A stretch of DNA of 64,000 nt from assembly GCA_965231055.1 (NCBI GenBank), contig OZ246411.1, forward strand, positions 601,875-665,874, read 5' to 3'. A program made the translations under genes and the position numbers. This DNA comes from an uncultured Candidatus Saccharibacteria bacterium (GTDB taxonomy: Bacteria > Patescibacteriota > CALEFQ01 > G965231055). This document shows positions 36,744-46,306 of the stretch, piece after piece. Numbering within the stretch: position 1 is the first letter of the stretch; every line of letters begins with the position of its first letter. The notes beneath the pieces were generated by a model. The model saw only the letters and a program-made list of their open reading frames with translations, had not been told where the DNA came from and made no database searches.

Positions 36744-38106
36744 GCTCAGCTTGATGCTTTCAAAAAAGAACATTTTTAGAGAGTATTTGCTATTGAAAAA
36801 AATAGAACGCAATACCATAGCGGAAAACAAAAAAATTCAACAGGGCAAACTTGTTGCCTTATTGGAACATGCTTATAAATATGTTCCTTATTATCGAGAG
36901 GTTTTACCTAAGTCCGGAGTTATTGAAAAGACTAGCGATGGATCAGTGCAAGTTAATCTTGATAAATTTTCAAATATTCCAATTTTAACAAAAGCTATTA
37001 TACGAAAAAGATGGAATGATCTTTTATCCGAAGATCCAGGATTTAAAGCTCGCATGCCCTATAAAAATACATCTGGGGGATCAACCGGGGAACCAGCTGA
37101 ATTCATGAGAGATAAAACCACGTGGACTGAGGGGATGGCTGGCAAGTGGCTGTTTTTTACTTTCGGTGTAGAAAAATTTCCATGTAGGCTTTTGAAACTT
37201 TGGGGTGCGGAGCGAGATGTTTTGCTTGGGGGCATTGGTTTCTCTGCAAAATTTAAAAACTGGCTTTATAATAGAAAGATTCTTAATACTTTTAAAATGT
37301 CTGAGTCCGACATGGAAAAATATACTGAGACTATTAATAAGTATAAACCAAAAATCATAGAAGCTTACGCACAATCAATTTATGAATTTTCACTATATAT
37401 CATTAAGCATCAGTATCATTTAAGTAAACCCACAGCTATTTTTACTTCAGTGGGGACGCTCACTGATCAGATGCGAAATGTTATTGAAAAAGCATTTGGA
37501 TGTAGGGTTTATAATCGATATGGTTCCAGAGAAGTGGGCGACATGGCATGTAGCTGCAAAACTAGCACTGAATTACATGCAAATATTATTCACTATTTCA
37601 TAGAGGTTCTGGATGAGAATAAGTTAAAAGTGAAGCCAGGTAATACTGGTGATATCTATGTAACTTCATTGAATAATTATTCAATGCCATTAATAAGATA
37701 TGAAATAGGGGATATGGCAATGATTGCCAAGCAAGAATCGTGTAGTTGCGGGTCGGGTTTTCCACTGCTAGGCAGTGTGATTGGAAGAGTGGGGTCGATG
37801 ATCACAACAAAAAACGGTACACTTGATGGTATTGCTGTTAGTACTTTGTTGTATTATTATAAAGATCATGTGCCCTTTAGTTCATTTATGCGCTATCAAT
37901 TAATTCAAGAAAGAAAAGATCTAGTTATACTTAAGATCGCAGTTGATAATCAGAAAAAATGGTTATACGAAAAGCCACGCGTAATAGAAAAATTTTCAAA
38001 GGCACTTGGAGATGGCGTGCGATTTGAAATAGAAGAGGTAGAAAAAATAGAGCCGCTCAAAAATGGAAAATTTATCTATATTATAAATAAAACATTAAAA
38101 AAATAA
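36724..38106 (+). CDS. Second CapK/PaaK-like adenylate-forming enzyme (paralogue of 34324-35628)
   Basis: YKNTSGGSTGEPAEF, YNRYGSREVG, YSMPLIRYEIGD. All three are shared with the upstream paralogue. Confidence 0.7.
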   Translation: MRYLLLKLSLMLSKKNIFREYLLLKKIERNTIAENKKIQQGKLVALLEHAYKYVPYYREVLPKSGVIEKTSDGSVQVNLDKFSNIPILTKAIIRKRWNDLLSEDPGFKARMPYKNTSGGSTGEPAEFMRDKTTWTEGMAGKWLFFTFGVEKFPCRLLKLWGAERDVLLGGIGFSAKFKNWLYNRKILNTFKMSESDMEKYTETINKYKPKIIEAYAQSIYEFSLYIIKHQYHLSKPTAIFTSVGTLTDQMRNVIEKAFGCRVYNRYGSREVGDMACSCKTSTELHANIIHYFIEVLDENKLKVKPGNTGDIYVTSLNNYSMPLIRYEIGDMAMIAKQESCSCGSGFPLLGSVIGRVGSMITTKNGTLDGIAVSTLLYYYKDHVPFSSFMRYQLIQERKDLVILKIAVDNQKKWLYEKPRVIEKFSKALGDGVRFEIEEVEKIEPLKNGKFIYIINKTLKK

Positions 38107-38107
38107 A

Positions 38108-38773
38108 ATGGAAAATACAGATTTACAACGCAATATAGAAAAAATGGGCAAGGAGAGATTTGAAAAAATCGGTCACGAATATTATGGTGACAAATGCGCT
38201 AGGGTTTTGGCATCAATTACTAAGCATTTTATTAAAAACGACATACTTGATTGCGGCGCCGGTACTGGTGCATTGATGTTGGAACTTAAACGACGGGGTT
38301 ATACAAATATTAATGGCATAGATCTTTATCCAAAAGTAGATTTTGTGCAGCAAGGTGATATTACTAATTTAAAATTCGCAAACGCTAGTTTGAACACGGT
38401 GTTTTTTATGGAGGTCATGGAGCATCTTACTGATGAACAGATATTAAAAACGCTTAGTGAGTCATCAAGGGTACTTAGAAAGGGAGGCCACCTAATTATT
38501 ACTACGCCTTTTAGTGAGCAGCTACTAGAGAATACAATAAAATGCCCGTTTTGCGAGCAGTCATTTCATCGTTATGGACATCTTAGAACTTTTGACAAAA
38601 AAGTAGCGATTGCTACTTTTGAAAAATATGGCTTTAAAACTAAATTTTTTGGAGTTTATGCTCTTGGCGCAATGTCAAAGCTACCTATGGGAAGATACCT
38701 TAATTGGTTTTTTAAGAAATTAAAGTACAAATCTATTTCACAAAGCCTAGTTTTGGTTTTAAGTAAGACCTAA
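38108..38773 (+). CDS. Class I SAM-dependent methyltransferase with a C-terminal CxxC...H Zn-ribbon-like element
   Basis: Motif I ILDCGAGTG, acidic motif II GIDLYP. C-terminal CPFCEQSFHRYGH. Confidence 0.7.
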   Translation: MENTDLQRNIEKMGKERFEKIGHEYYGDKCARVLASITKHFIKNDILDCGAGTGALMLELKRRGYTNINGIDLYPKVDFVQQGDITNLKFANASLNTVFFMEVMEHLTDEQILKTLSESSRVLRKGGHLIITTPFSEQLLENTIKCPFCEQSFHRYGHLRTFDKKVAIATFEKYGFKTKFFGVYALGAMSKLPMGRYLNWFFKKLKYKSISQSLVLVLSKT

Positions 38774-39995
38774 AATACCAAAGATAACAGAAAAACCCTA
38801 CCCAATATGCTATTGATGTAGCTATGGCTGGTCCTATAACCCCCAGCCTTTTTATTAAAATCAAATCAAGAATTAGATTTATTATTACGACTATTGTATT
38901 AATTACCTGAGGTGCTTTTTTTCGTCTCAGTGAATTAATAATCGGTATGTAAAAAATAAAAAGGAAATGGGCAATCAATCCAATCATCAATATCTGTAAT
39001 ACTGGGATAGATGAATCATATTTATGGTTATAAAAAATCTGAATTAGCTTTGGAATAATATAGGTGGCTATGATTATCAATGTAATACCTAATGCCCATA
39101 ATCTCATTCTGGTGTGATTTAGGTATCGTTTAATCTTTTCATTGTTATTTATATCCCGAGATATAACTGGCAAAAAGAAATTATTTACTATTAATGAAAC
39201 ACCAATGAATCCCTTGAAAATCTGATAAGCTATGTTGTATATACCGACATCCTCAAGCGAGGTGTAGAATTTTAGAATTATACTATCTCCCCAGTTTATT
39301 AAATATATTGATATCAGGCCCAAAACATTCCATAAAGACCAGTTTAAAGTATCTCTAAATAATGTTTTATCGAATACAAGCGGAAATAGCTTTTTCATAT
39401 CTATGAAAAAGATAAAGAGTACAGATCCAGCCAATGTTGAGATTAGATAGCTGGCGAAAACCTTATCTAGATCAATCGATCCCGCATTGACAAAAAACAA
39501 AAATACCAAAATATTTAATACACCCACGACAAGGGAATAGGATGCCCCCGTTTTCTTTTTGTTAAGTCCGGAAAAAAGATTTTCAAAAAATCTTTTTAAA
39601 AGGATAGCTATGTAAAACAAAAGAATAAACAGGACTAGATTTGTGGACACGCCAGTTATCTTGGAAACAAAATTTTTGAAAAATAGCATTATAACTATGC
39701 CAGCAATAAAAGAAAGACAAAAAAACAAAAGCTGTACTGTAAAACTTCGATTTATTTTTTTTGATTCGTTTTCTTCCCGCGCGGCATTTACTATGAAGGG
39801 TGTCTGAGATGATGTCATTAAAACAGTAATTATGATTAAGGAAATCATTTGACTCAAAGAAAATGCTCCATAATCAGACACGGATATAAATTTTACAATA
39901 ATTAGTGGGAAAATATAATACAAACCCTCGCCCAAAATTCTTAGTGAAGAAAAAATTATAAGATTTTTAGATTTTTTAAATATTCTTAGTATCAC
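38733..39995 (-). CDS. MOP-superfamily flippase (Wzx-like), about 12 TM
   Basis: 420 aa, evenly spaced TM helices and short loops. Sits in the glycan locus. Confidence 0.5.
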   Translation of the reverse strand: MILRIFKKSKNLIIFSSLRILGEGLYYIFPLIIVKFISVSDYGAFSLSQMISLIIITVLMTSSQTPFIVNAAREENESKKINRSFTVQLLFFCLSFIAGIVIMLFFKNFVSKITGVSTNLVLFILLFYIAILLKRFFENLFSGLNKKKTGASYSLVVGVLNILVFLFFVNAGSIDLDKVFASYLISTLAGSVLFIFFIDMKKLFPLVFDKTLFRDTLNWSLWNVLGLISIYLINWGDSIILKFYTSLEDVGIYNIAYQIFKGFIGVSLIVNNFFLPVISRDINNNEKIKRYLNHTRMRLWALGITLIIIATYIIPKLIQIFYNHKYDSSIPVLQILMIGLIAHFLFIFYIPIINSLRRKKAPQVINTIVVIINLILDLILIKRLGVIGPAIATSIAYWVGFFCYLWYFRSYLKPKLGFVK

Positions 39996-40074
39996 ATTTT
40001 TCGTTAAAAATTGAATGATTGTTAATGATTTTATGAAACAGGATTAATCTCAATAGTAAACAATCATTCGTGGG

Positions 40075-42594
40075 TTAAAATTGTTTATCAGTTTCATCTA
40101 ATTTTATTGCTCTTACGCAATTATACCCTTTATTTAAGCAAAATTCTATATCAGGATTTTTGTCGTAATATAAAAGCAATGCTTTAATATATTCTGTTGT
40201 TTGATCATCAATAGAGTCTTTTTTTAAGTAATTATTGTATATCTTCTTACCTCCAGGGGTCAAAACTATATAATTAGTTTGACTTTCTTTGGATAGAGGA
40301 TTTATATTATTCCTCCATTGGGTGTTTCCGACAAAAAACTGAGAAAATCCTTCGCGGTCAACCCATGCATTTAACAACGTTGCGTCCGGTAACTTATTTA
40401 ATTCCTTTGCGATTTCATATCCTCCATAACCCCATGCTTCAGTTATGGTTGTTGGTTTGTAATTTAGCTCATTGCTGTATTGGATATAAAAAGGAGATGC
40501 AGATATAGTTGTGTATGCCATAAAAACCATAATAGATATAATAAACGTTAGTCTGTATTTTCTCAACGCTAAAAATGCCATAGCAGCACAAAAAGTATAA
40601 AAAGGTATTACTAAAACTTGATATCGCGCTGTTGCAAGAAAACCTTTTAAGGATGATCCACCTAAGAATATTAGGATAGTTATAATTGCAGTAACTAGGG
40701 ATATTTTAAGAATTTTATTGTCTATATACATCTTCTTTCGGCATTGGAATAGGAAAATCATCAATCCAATCAGAATGGGCAATGGTAAAAAAAGAATTGT
40801 CATAGTGCCACCAGCTAAGAGCATGTTGTAGGCATTACCAGCGCGAGCAACAAAATTAGCAAACACATTTTCAAAGTCAAAAAGACGATAATTAAGAAAA
40901 ATATTAGCTATTAAAAAAATTATTCCAGAAAAAAATATCGTGACAGTAACTTTCTTAAACCAGTTGCTCGCGATGTAGGATCTGAAAACAATCTTTCTAA
41001 AAGCCTCACTGTTCAAAAAAAGAATATCAAAAAACAAGACAAAAAAAGCTATCAAAATCAATCCGCGGGCGGGCGCAATTAATGGCGCACCCACGGTGCC
41101 GTTAATAACCAATTTAAATTTACCCCACGTCGCAGGAAATAATAACGCATACACCGCCATTGAAATAAGCGATATCTTGCCAAAATCCCAAAGACGGCGA
41201 AATGTTTTTTGTGTATCGAGTCTACACATGAAGTATTCCAAAGTTATAGCTAGGAAAAACGTTATATACAGAACCGATGCAAAAAATTTGGATGTTAAGG
41301 CTAAACCTAAAAATATACCGCTAAAATAAAGAAATGATGTTTTATTAGTTTTAAGATAGGCGAAGAAAGCAAAAAAAGAAACTATGGCAGTACTCCATAG
41401 CGTAGAATCAGGATTTATGATTTGAGAAATCCCAATAATTATAGGGTTCAGGGCTAGTAATGCAATAAACACAAGAGATGCCTTGATTCCCAAGAACTTT
41501 TTGCTCATAAAAAATAGTAAAAATAGCATCGCCGTATTAAATATAAGTATCGGTAGCCTTGCAAAAAACAAATAGCTCTCGAAATTAGATGCATTAAAAT
41601 TTTCTTTATCCAAGAAAAAATTAGTTATCCCAGAAAGAAGAGAAGGTAAAATTCCTGGTTTATCATTTATATAAGTTTTTTCCCACTCACCGTTGCTTAG
41701 AGAGTCATAAAGCTGTGGCACCCTAGTGTAAACCCACTTTGGTTCATCTACGCTCATGAATTTCCCCAAATGAATTGTGCCTAAAACAAAAAAGCTTACA
41801 CATATAAGCACTAATACGATCAAAATTAGACCTTTTCCATATTTTTTATTTACGTATTTTTGTTCAAGCTTTTCAGTAGTTTGGATAGGTGAAGATTTCT
41901 CTTTGAAAATAAATATCGTAACTCCACAAACAAAAAAAGTAACAAAATATAGTGGAGCAGTGGCTGTGCTTATTTTTTCAATATAATCACTGCTGATTCC
42001 AGGTAAATAATTAATAATTTCTAAAGCACAAAGCAATAAAATAAGAAAAATAGAATATAGCGATATGTTTTTCTTAAAACTAACGGTAAAACCACCGCCA
42101 CGACCAATATAGGTCACGATAAAAATATTGATTACAACAGCATAGAGTACAACAAAAGTTGAGTCTGAATTGAGTCCCAAGGTGTATTCTGACGCAGTCA
42201 TGAGTAGTAGGCTTAGGGCACTCGCAATGATGGTAAACCCAAATACTTTTGTAGCATTGGCCATACATTTATCTAAAAACGCCTTTATTGCCAGGATTGT
42301 TATTATAGAGACAAAAATTAGTATAGCTCTCTCTAGTGGACTTACGGATAGATTGCATAGCGGTGTATAATCGCAAACTAGGCTAAAAAAGATAATCACC
42401 GTGGTAATAACCAGTATCGTTTTAAGAAGGAGATCTAGATGTGCTCTTTTTTGTATATAGACAAGAGCTAATGTAAAAACAAACCCCAACAAAAATAGCC
42501 ACTGAATAATATTAAATTGACCAATAAAAACAGAATGCACCAAGTCAAAGGCCACTATAAACATGATGATACTGAAAAGAGTTTTATTTTGCAT
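40075..42594 (-). CDS. GT-C membrane glycosyltransferase (PMT_2/ArnT-like) fused to an extra N-terminal ~270-aa multi-TM domain
   Basis: The acidic loop motif MSVDEPKW lies after the ninth or so TM helix, and NDKPG follows it. 839 aa. Confidence 0.45.
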   Translation of the reverse strand: MQNKTLFSIIMFIVAFDLVHSVFIGQFNIIQWLFLLGFVFTLALVYIQKRAHLDLLLKTILVITTVIIFFSLVCDYTPLCNLSVSPLERAILIFVSIITILAIKAFLDKCMANATKVFGFTIIASALSLLLMTASEYTLGLNSDSTFVVLYAVVINIFIVTYIGRGGGFTVSFKKNISLYSIFLILLLCALEIINYLPGISSDYIEKISTATAPLYFVTFFVCGVTIFIFKEKSSPIQTTEKLEQKYVNKKYGKGLILIVLVLICVSFFVLGTIHLGKFMSVDEPKWVYTRVPQLYDSLSNGEWEKTYINDKPGILPSLLSGITNFFLDKENFNASNFESYLFFARLPILIFNTAMLFLLFFMSKKFLGIKASLVFIALLALNPIIIGISQIINPDSTLWSTAIVSFFAFFAYLKTNKTSFLYFSGIFLGLALTSKFFASVLYITFFLAITLEYFMCRLDTQKTFRRLWDFGKISLISMAVYALLFPATWGKFKLVINGTVGAPLIAPARGLILIAFFVLFFDILFLNSEAFRKIVFRSYIASNWFKKVTVTIFFSGIIFLIANIFLNYRLFDFENVFANFVARAGNAYNMLLAGGTMTILFLPLPILIGLMIFLFQCRKKMYIDNKILKISLVTAIITILIFLGGSSLKGFLATARYQVLVIPFYTFCAAMAFLALRKYRLTFIISIMVFMAYTTISASPFYIQYSNELNYKPTTITEAWGYGGYEIAKELNKLPDATLLNAWVDREGFSQFFVGNTQWRNNINPLSKESQTNYIVLTPGGKKIYNNYLKKDSIDDQTTEYIKALLLYYDKNPDIEFCLNKGYNCVRAIKLDETDKQF

Positions 42595-42823
42595 CCAAGG
42601 TTTTTTTATCAGATAACCTGTGGTAATTTCTTATAATCAATAATACTAAAAGCGCCAGCAGAGAAACAAAAAAGATCGATTCCGTGCCCCAAAACATCAC
42701 AATAGAATAGGGGAATGCGATATCTATAATCTTTAGCAATAAGAAAAAAACCAAAAACCACAAAAACACCTCTTTACTTATAATCTGAATGGTTTTGATA
42801 AATTTTAGGTTGGTATTATTCAT
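42584..42823 (-). CDS. Small 2-TM membrane protein
   Basis: 79 aa. Overlaps its neighbouring genes at both ends, suggesting translational coupling. Confidence 0.35.
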   Translation of the reverse strand: MNNTNLKFIKTIQIISKEVFLWFLVFFLLLKIIDIAFPYSIVMFWGTESIFFVSLLALLVLLIIRNYHRLSDKKTLDAK

Positions 42824-43416
42824 TAAAATATTTTTTTGATCATTTTTGATACGTAGTCTTTAAACTCGGTAGATGTAATTGGTTCGCGCTCTAGCGTAAC
42901 TTTTACTGATTTTATGTAAACCATCTCTATCTCTTCCGTGGGAATTCCCGGATTGTGACTAATTTTGAAGCTGTACTGAGGGCCATATGGTTTTACTTTT
43001 TTGAGATCTATAACATCTCCACTCTTTACAGCAAAATCCTCTCCGTCATCCGAAGTATCCACCCAAATATCCTCGTTTATGGGTTTTGTTTTTATAAATT
43101 CCACTTCTACTTTTGCAGTGTCAAATGGACGAACCATGTTACGGGCGTTGATCGGAAGTCTTAGCGCGTTTCTTCTTATATTGTAAATAGGAGTTCCGTC
43201 ATCCATTTTTTCGACCGAAACTTGCTTTGCTATTTGATGAGCAAAGGATTTTCCGGGAGAATAATCGTACACAATCTTACTTGCGAATGGTTTGGAGTAG
43301 TAGATTATCCAATAGCAAATAAAAATAATTATCGCTATTATAATTATTCTTGTGACTATTAGTATTCTTTTTTCGTCGTCTTCGTTTTGCATTAGCTGAT
43401 TATACAACAAAATCAA
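42823..43416 (-). CDS. Membrane-anchored hypothetical protein
   Basis: One N-terminal TM plus a soluble domain. 197 aa. Confidence 0.4.
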   Translation of the reverse strand: MILLYNQLMQNEDDEKRILIVTRIIIIAIIIFICYWIIYYSKPFASKIVYDYSPGKSFAHQIAKQVSVEKMDDGTPIYNIRRNALRLPINARNMVRPFDTAKVEVEFIKTKPINEDIWVDTSDDGEDFAVKSGDVIDLKKVKPYGPQYSFKISHNPGIPTEEIEMVYIKSVKVTLEREPITSTEFKDYVSKMIKKIF

Positions 43417-43522
43417 ATTATATATAAGATATTAAACCACATTTTCTGTGGATTAGCTAGTTGCATTGCCATTTTCAAGCAAGTATAATTGAAATTCGTA
43501 TAATACCTACTAAAACACACCC

Positions 43523-44824
43523 ATGGCGCTGACATTACTTCAGAAGATAAAAAACAAGAAAGCTAGAATAGGAATCATTGGAATGGGATATGTGGGACTA
43601 CCTCTCGCCATAGCTTTTGCAAACAAAGGTTTTAAAGTGACCGGTTTTGAAAAACATACTGAAAAAATAAACAAACTCAAAAAAGGAGAGTCTTATATTG
43701 ATGATATCAAAAATGAAACACTAGAGCCCCTAACTAAAAAAGGTAAGATCATACCCACCAAAGATTTTAAACTGATCGCAAATCAGGACGCTATGCTTAT
43801 CTGCGTACCAACCCCCCTTGATAAACATAAAGTTCCTGACATTACATATATTGTTGATGCGTGTAAGTCAATTTCCAAATACTTGAAGAAAAATACCCTA
43901 GTTATTTTGGAAAGCACCACGTATCCAGGTACTACCGAAGAAGTGGTTATACCAGAAATAGAAAAAAACGGAAAAATTGCAGGCAAAGATTTTTTTGTAG
44001 CATTTTCTCCGGAAAGAGTTGATCCCGGAAACAAAAAATTTAATACCGAGAATACTCCTAAGATTGTAGGGGGCATAAACCCACAATCATCAAGGCTCGC
44101 ACAAACGCTGTATCATAGCTTCCTGAAAGATGTGAAATGTGTTTCATCTCCAAGGGTTGCTGAAATGGAAAAAATACTTGAAAACACATTTAGACTTATA
44201 AATATCTCTATGATCAATGAGTTGGCAATTTTGGCGAATAGGATGAATATAGATATTTTTGAGGTTATAGGGGCGGCGAGCACCAAACCATACGGTTTTA
44301 TGCCGTTTTATCCAGGCCCTGGAATAGGCGGACACTGTATCCCACTTGATCCATTTTATCTCTCATGGAAGGCCAAGGAATATAATTTTAATATGCAATT
44401 TATAGAAACTGCGGGCCAAATAAACGATTTTATGCCCGAATTCACGGTACTTCATGCTTCGGAAATACTTAATACTGCCAAAAAAAGCATAAAAGATGCT
44501 AAAATACTTATACTCGGAGTGGCTTATAAGAGAGATATTAGCGACCCAAGGGAATCACCAGTAATTGATGTAATCAATAAACTAGAAAAAATTGGTGCAG
44601 AAATATCTGTAAGTGATAGTTATATTTCCAAATTTAGTGTGCACGGCAAAGAATATATTTCAAAAGAACTAGATAAAAAACTTATAAAAGAGCAAGATCT
44701 AGTTATAATAGGAACAGATCATTCCAATGTTGACTACGATTTGGTTACTAAAAATGCAAAACTAATTTTAGACACTAGAAACGCCATAAAAACAAAATCA
44801 AAAAACTTATTTAAGCTTTTTTAA
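43523..44824 (+). CDS. UDP-sugar 6-dehydrogenase (UDP-N-acetyl-hexosamine / UDP-glucose dehydrogenase family)
   Basis: Rossmann motif GIIGMGYVGLPLA. ESTTYPGTTEE segment. Catalytic Cys in GPGIGGHCIPLDP. Confidence 0.85.
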   Translation: MALTLLQKIKNKKARIGIIGMGYVGLPLAIAFANKGFKVTGFEKHTEKINKLKKGESYIDDIKNETLEPLTKKGKIIPTKDFKLIANQDAMLICVPTPLDKHKVPDITYIVDACKSISKYLKKNTLVILESTTYPGTTEEVVIPEIEKNGKIAGKDFFVAFSPERVDPGNKKFNTENTPKIVGGINPQSSRLAQTLYHSFLKDVKCVSSPRVAEMEKILENTFRLINISMINELAILANRMNIDIFEVIGAASTKPYGFMPFYPGPGIGGHCIPLDPFYLSWKAKEYNFNMQFIETAGQINDFMPEFTVLHASEILNTAKKSIKDAKILILGVAYKRDISDPRESPVIDVINKLEKIGAEISVSDSYISKFSVHGKEYISKELDKKLIKEQDLVIIGTDHSNVDYDLVTKNAKLILDTRNAIKTKSKNLFKLF

Positions 44825-44827
44825 TCA

Positions 44828-46306
44828 ATGCTTAAAAAAACAGGTTCACGAATCACTAAGGATTTGCTAATAACATATAGCGGAATTGCAGTTACCTCTG
44901 TAGTGTATTTTGTTTATACATTGGTGCTCTCGAGACTAGTAGGTCCGTATCAGTGGGGACTTTATAATCTCAGTAAGAGTGCTGTTTCTATCTTAATGAC
45001 CATTGCGCTCATAGGAATAAATACCGCGCTAGTAAAATATATTCCAGAGCTAATTTCCAAAAAAGCTGAAAAAGGTGCCATAGATAAAATAATAAGCTCG
45101 GCTACTTATATCGTGCTCATCTCAACTCCTATAGTTGCAATCATTTGGTACTTTATATCTCCTTTTGTGGCTGACTTGATGCATGATTCTAGTTTGGTTT
45201 TTTATTTTAGATTATCAATTTTGTGGTTTGTTACCGGAGTGATGTATAATTTTGTTTCTGATATTCTGAGGTCGCATAAGTTTTTCAAACCCTATAATTT
45301 CATTAAAATTATAAATGTATCTGTGCTAGGAATTGGCGCAGTGATTTTCGCCATCGTTATTTCAAAAGATGCTAAGTGGTTAATCACCGCCGAGATGCTT
45401 TCATTTGTTGCGGCCGTACTTTTTGGATTGTTTTATGTGATCAAACAAGTGCGACCAAAACTAACTGCGTGGGGAAGAGATGAGAGAAGAAAGCTTTTTG
45501 AGTTTGGAATCCCTATGGCACCAAGCGCATTGCTATTACTCCTTGTTAATGCTTTGGATAGATTTTTCATCGGACACTTTCTCAATGTAGAAAACGTAGG
45601 ATATTATGCCGTAGCTGGAACATTCATACTTTCAACCGCGATTATTTTTGATCCTATTAGTATAGTTTTCTTTCCAAATTTCGCTTCGCTTATAACAGAT
45701 AGCGCCAATCACGAAAAGATTAAAAAATATTTATCATCACTAATGAACATAGTGCTATTTATAGGCATAGCTATGGTCTTGGTATTTTTCGTGATGAGCC
45801 CCTCGCTCATAAAGATTCTATTTGGAGAAGCTTATTTACCCGCAGTTATTCCTCTTAAAATCATTTCACTAAACATACTTTTTTATGGATTTCATATAGT
45901 ATTTAGGTCACTTATCTCTGTGGCCCATAAGACCACCGTATTTCTCAGATTAATGGGTTCGGCAATGATCGTAAGTATAGCCACAAACCTACTTCTAGTG
46001 CCCAAATTTGGGCTTATAGGAGCTTCTTGGGCTAGTGCGCTCGCATATATCACGCTTGCCATAATGACGCTTTTTTACTGTAATAAAAAGTTTAAATTCG
46101 AATTCAAAAACATTGAATTTTTGAAGCTCGTCGGTGCACTGCTGATTTTAACCCCACTACTATATCTATCAAATAAATTTTCTGTTAATATATACATCCT
46201 CATAGCCACACTTGCTGGATCGAGTGTTATATATATCGCTGTCCTAAGATTTTTTAGAGTGTCTTGGTTGATGGAGGGATTAGCAAATATATCCAAAAAA
46301 CAATGA
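44828..46306 (+). CDS. MOP-superfamily oligosaccharide flippase (Wzx-like), 14 TM
   Basis: 492 aa polytopic protein with Wzx-like N-terminal topology. Confidence 0.55.
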   Translation: MLKKTGSRITKDLLITYSGIAVTSVVYFVYTLVLSRLVGPYQWGLYNLSKSAVSILMTIALIGINTALVKYIPELISKKAEKGAIDKIISSATYIVLISTPIVAIIWYFISPFVADLMHDSSLVFYFRLSILWFVTGVMYNFVSDILRSHKFFKPYNFIKIINVSVLGIGAVIFAIVISKDAKWLITAEMLSFVAAVLFGLFYVIKQVRPKLTAWGRDERRKLFEFGIPMAPSALLLLLVNALDRFFIGHFLNVENVGYYAVAGTFILSTAIIFDPISIVFFPNFASLITDSANHEKIKKYLSSLMNIVLFIGIAMVLVFFVMSPSLIKILFGEAYLPAVIPLKIISLNILFYGFHIVFRSLISVAHKTTVFLRLMGSAMIVSIATNLLLVPKFGLIGASWASALAYITLAIMTLFYCNKKFKFEFKNIEFLKLVGALLILTPLLYLSNKFSVNIYILIATLAGSSVIYIAVLRFFRVSWLMEGLANISKKQ

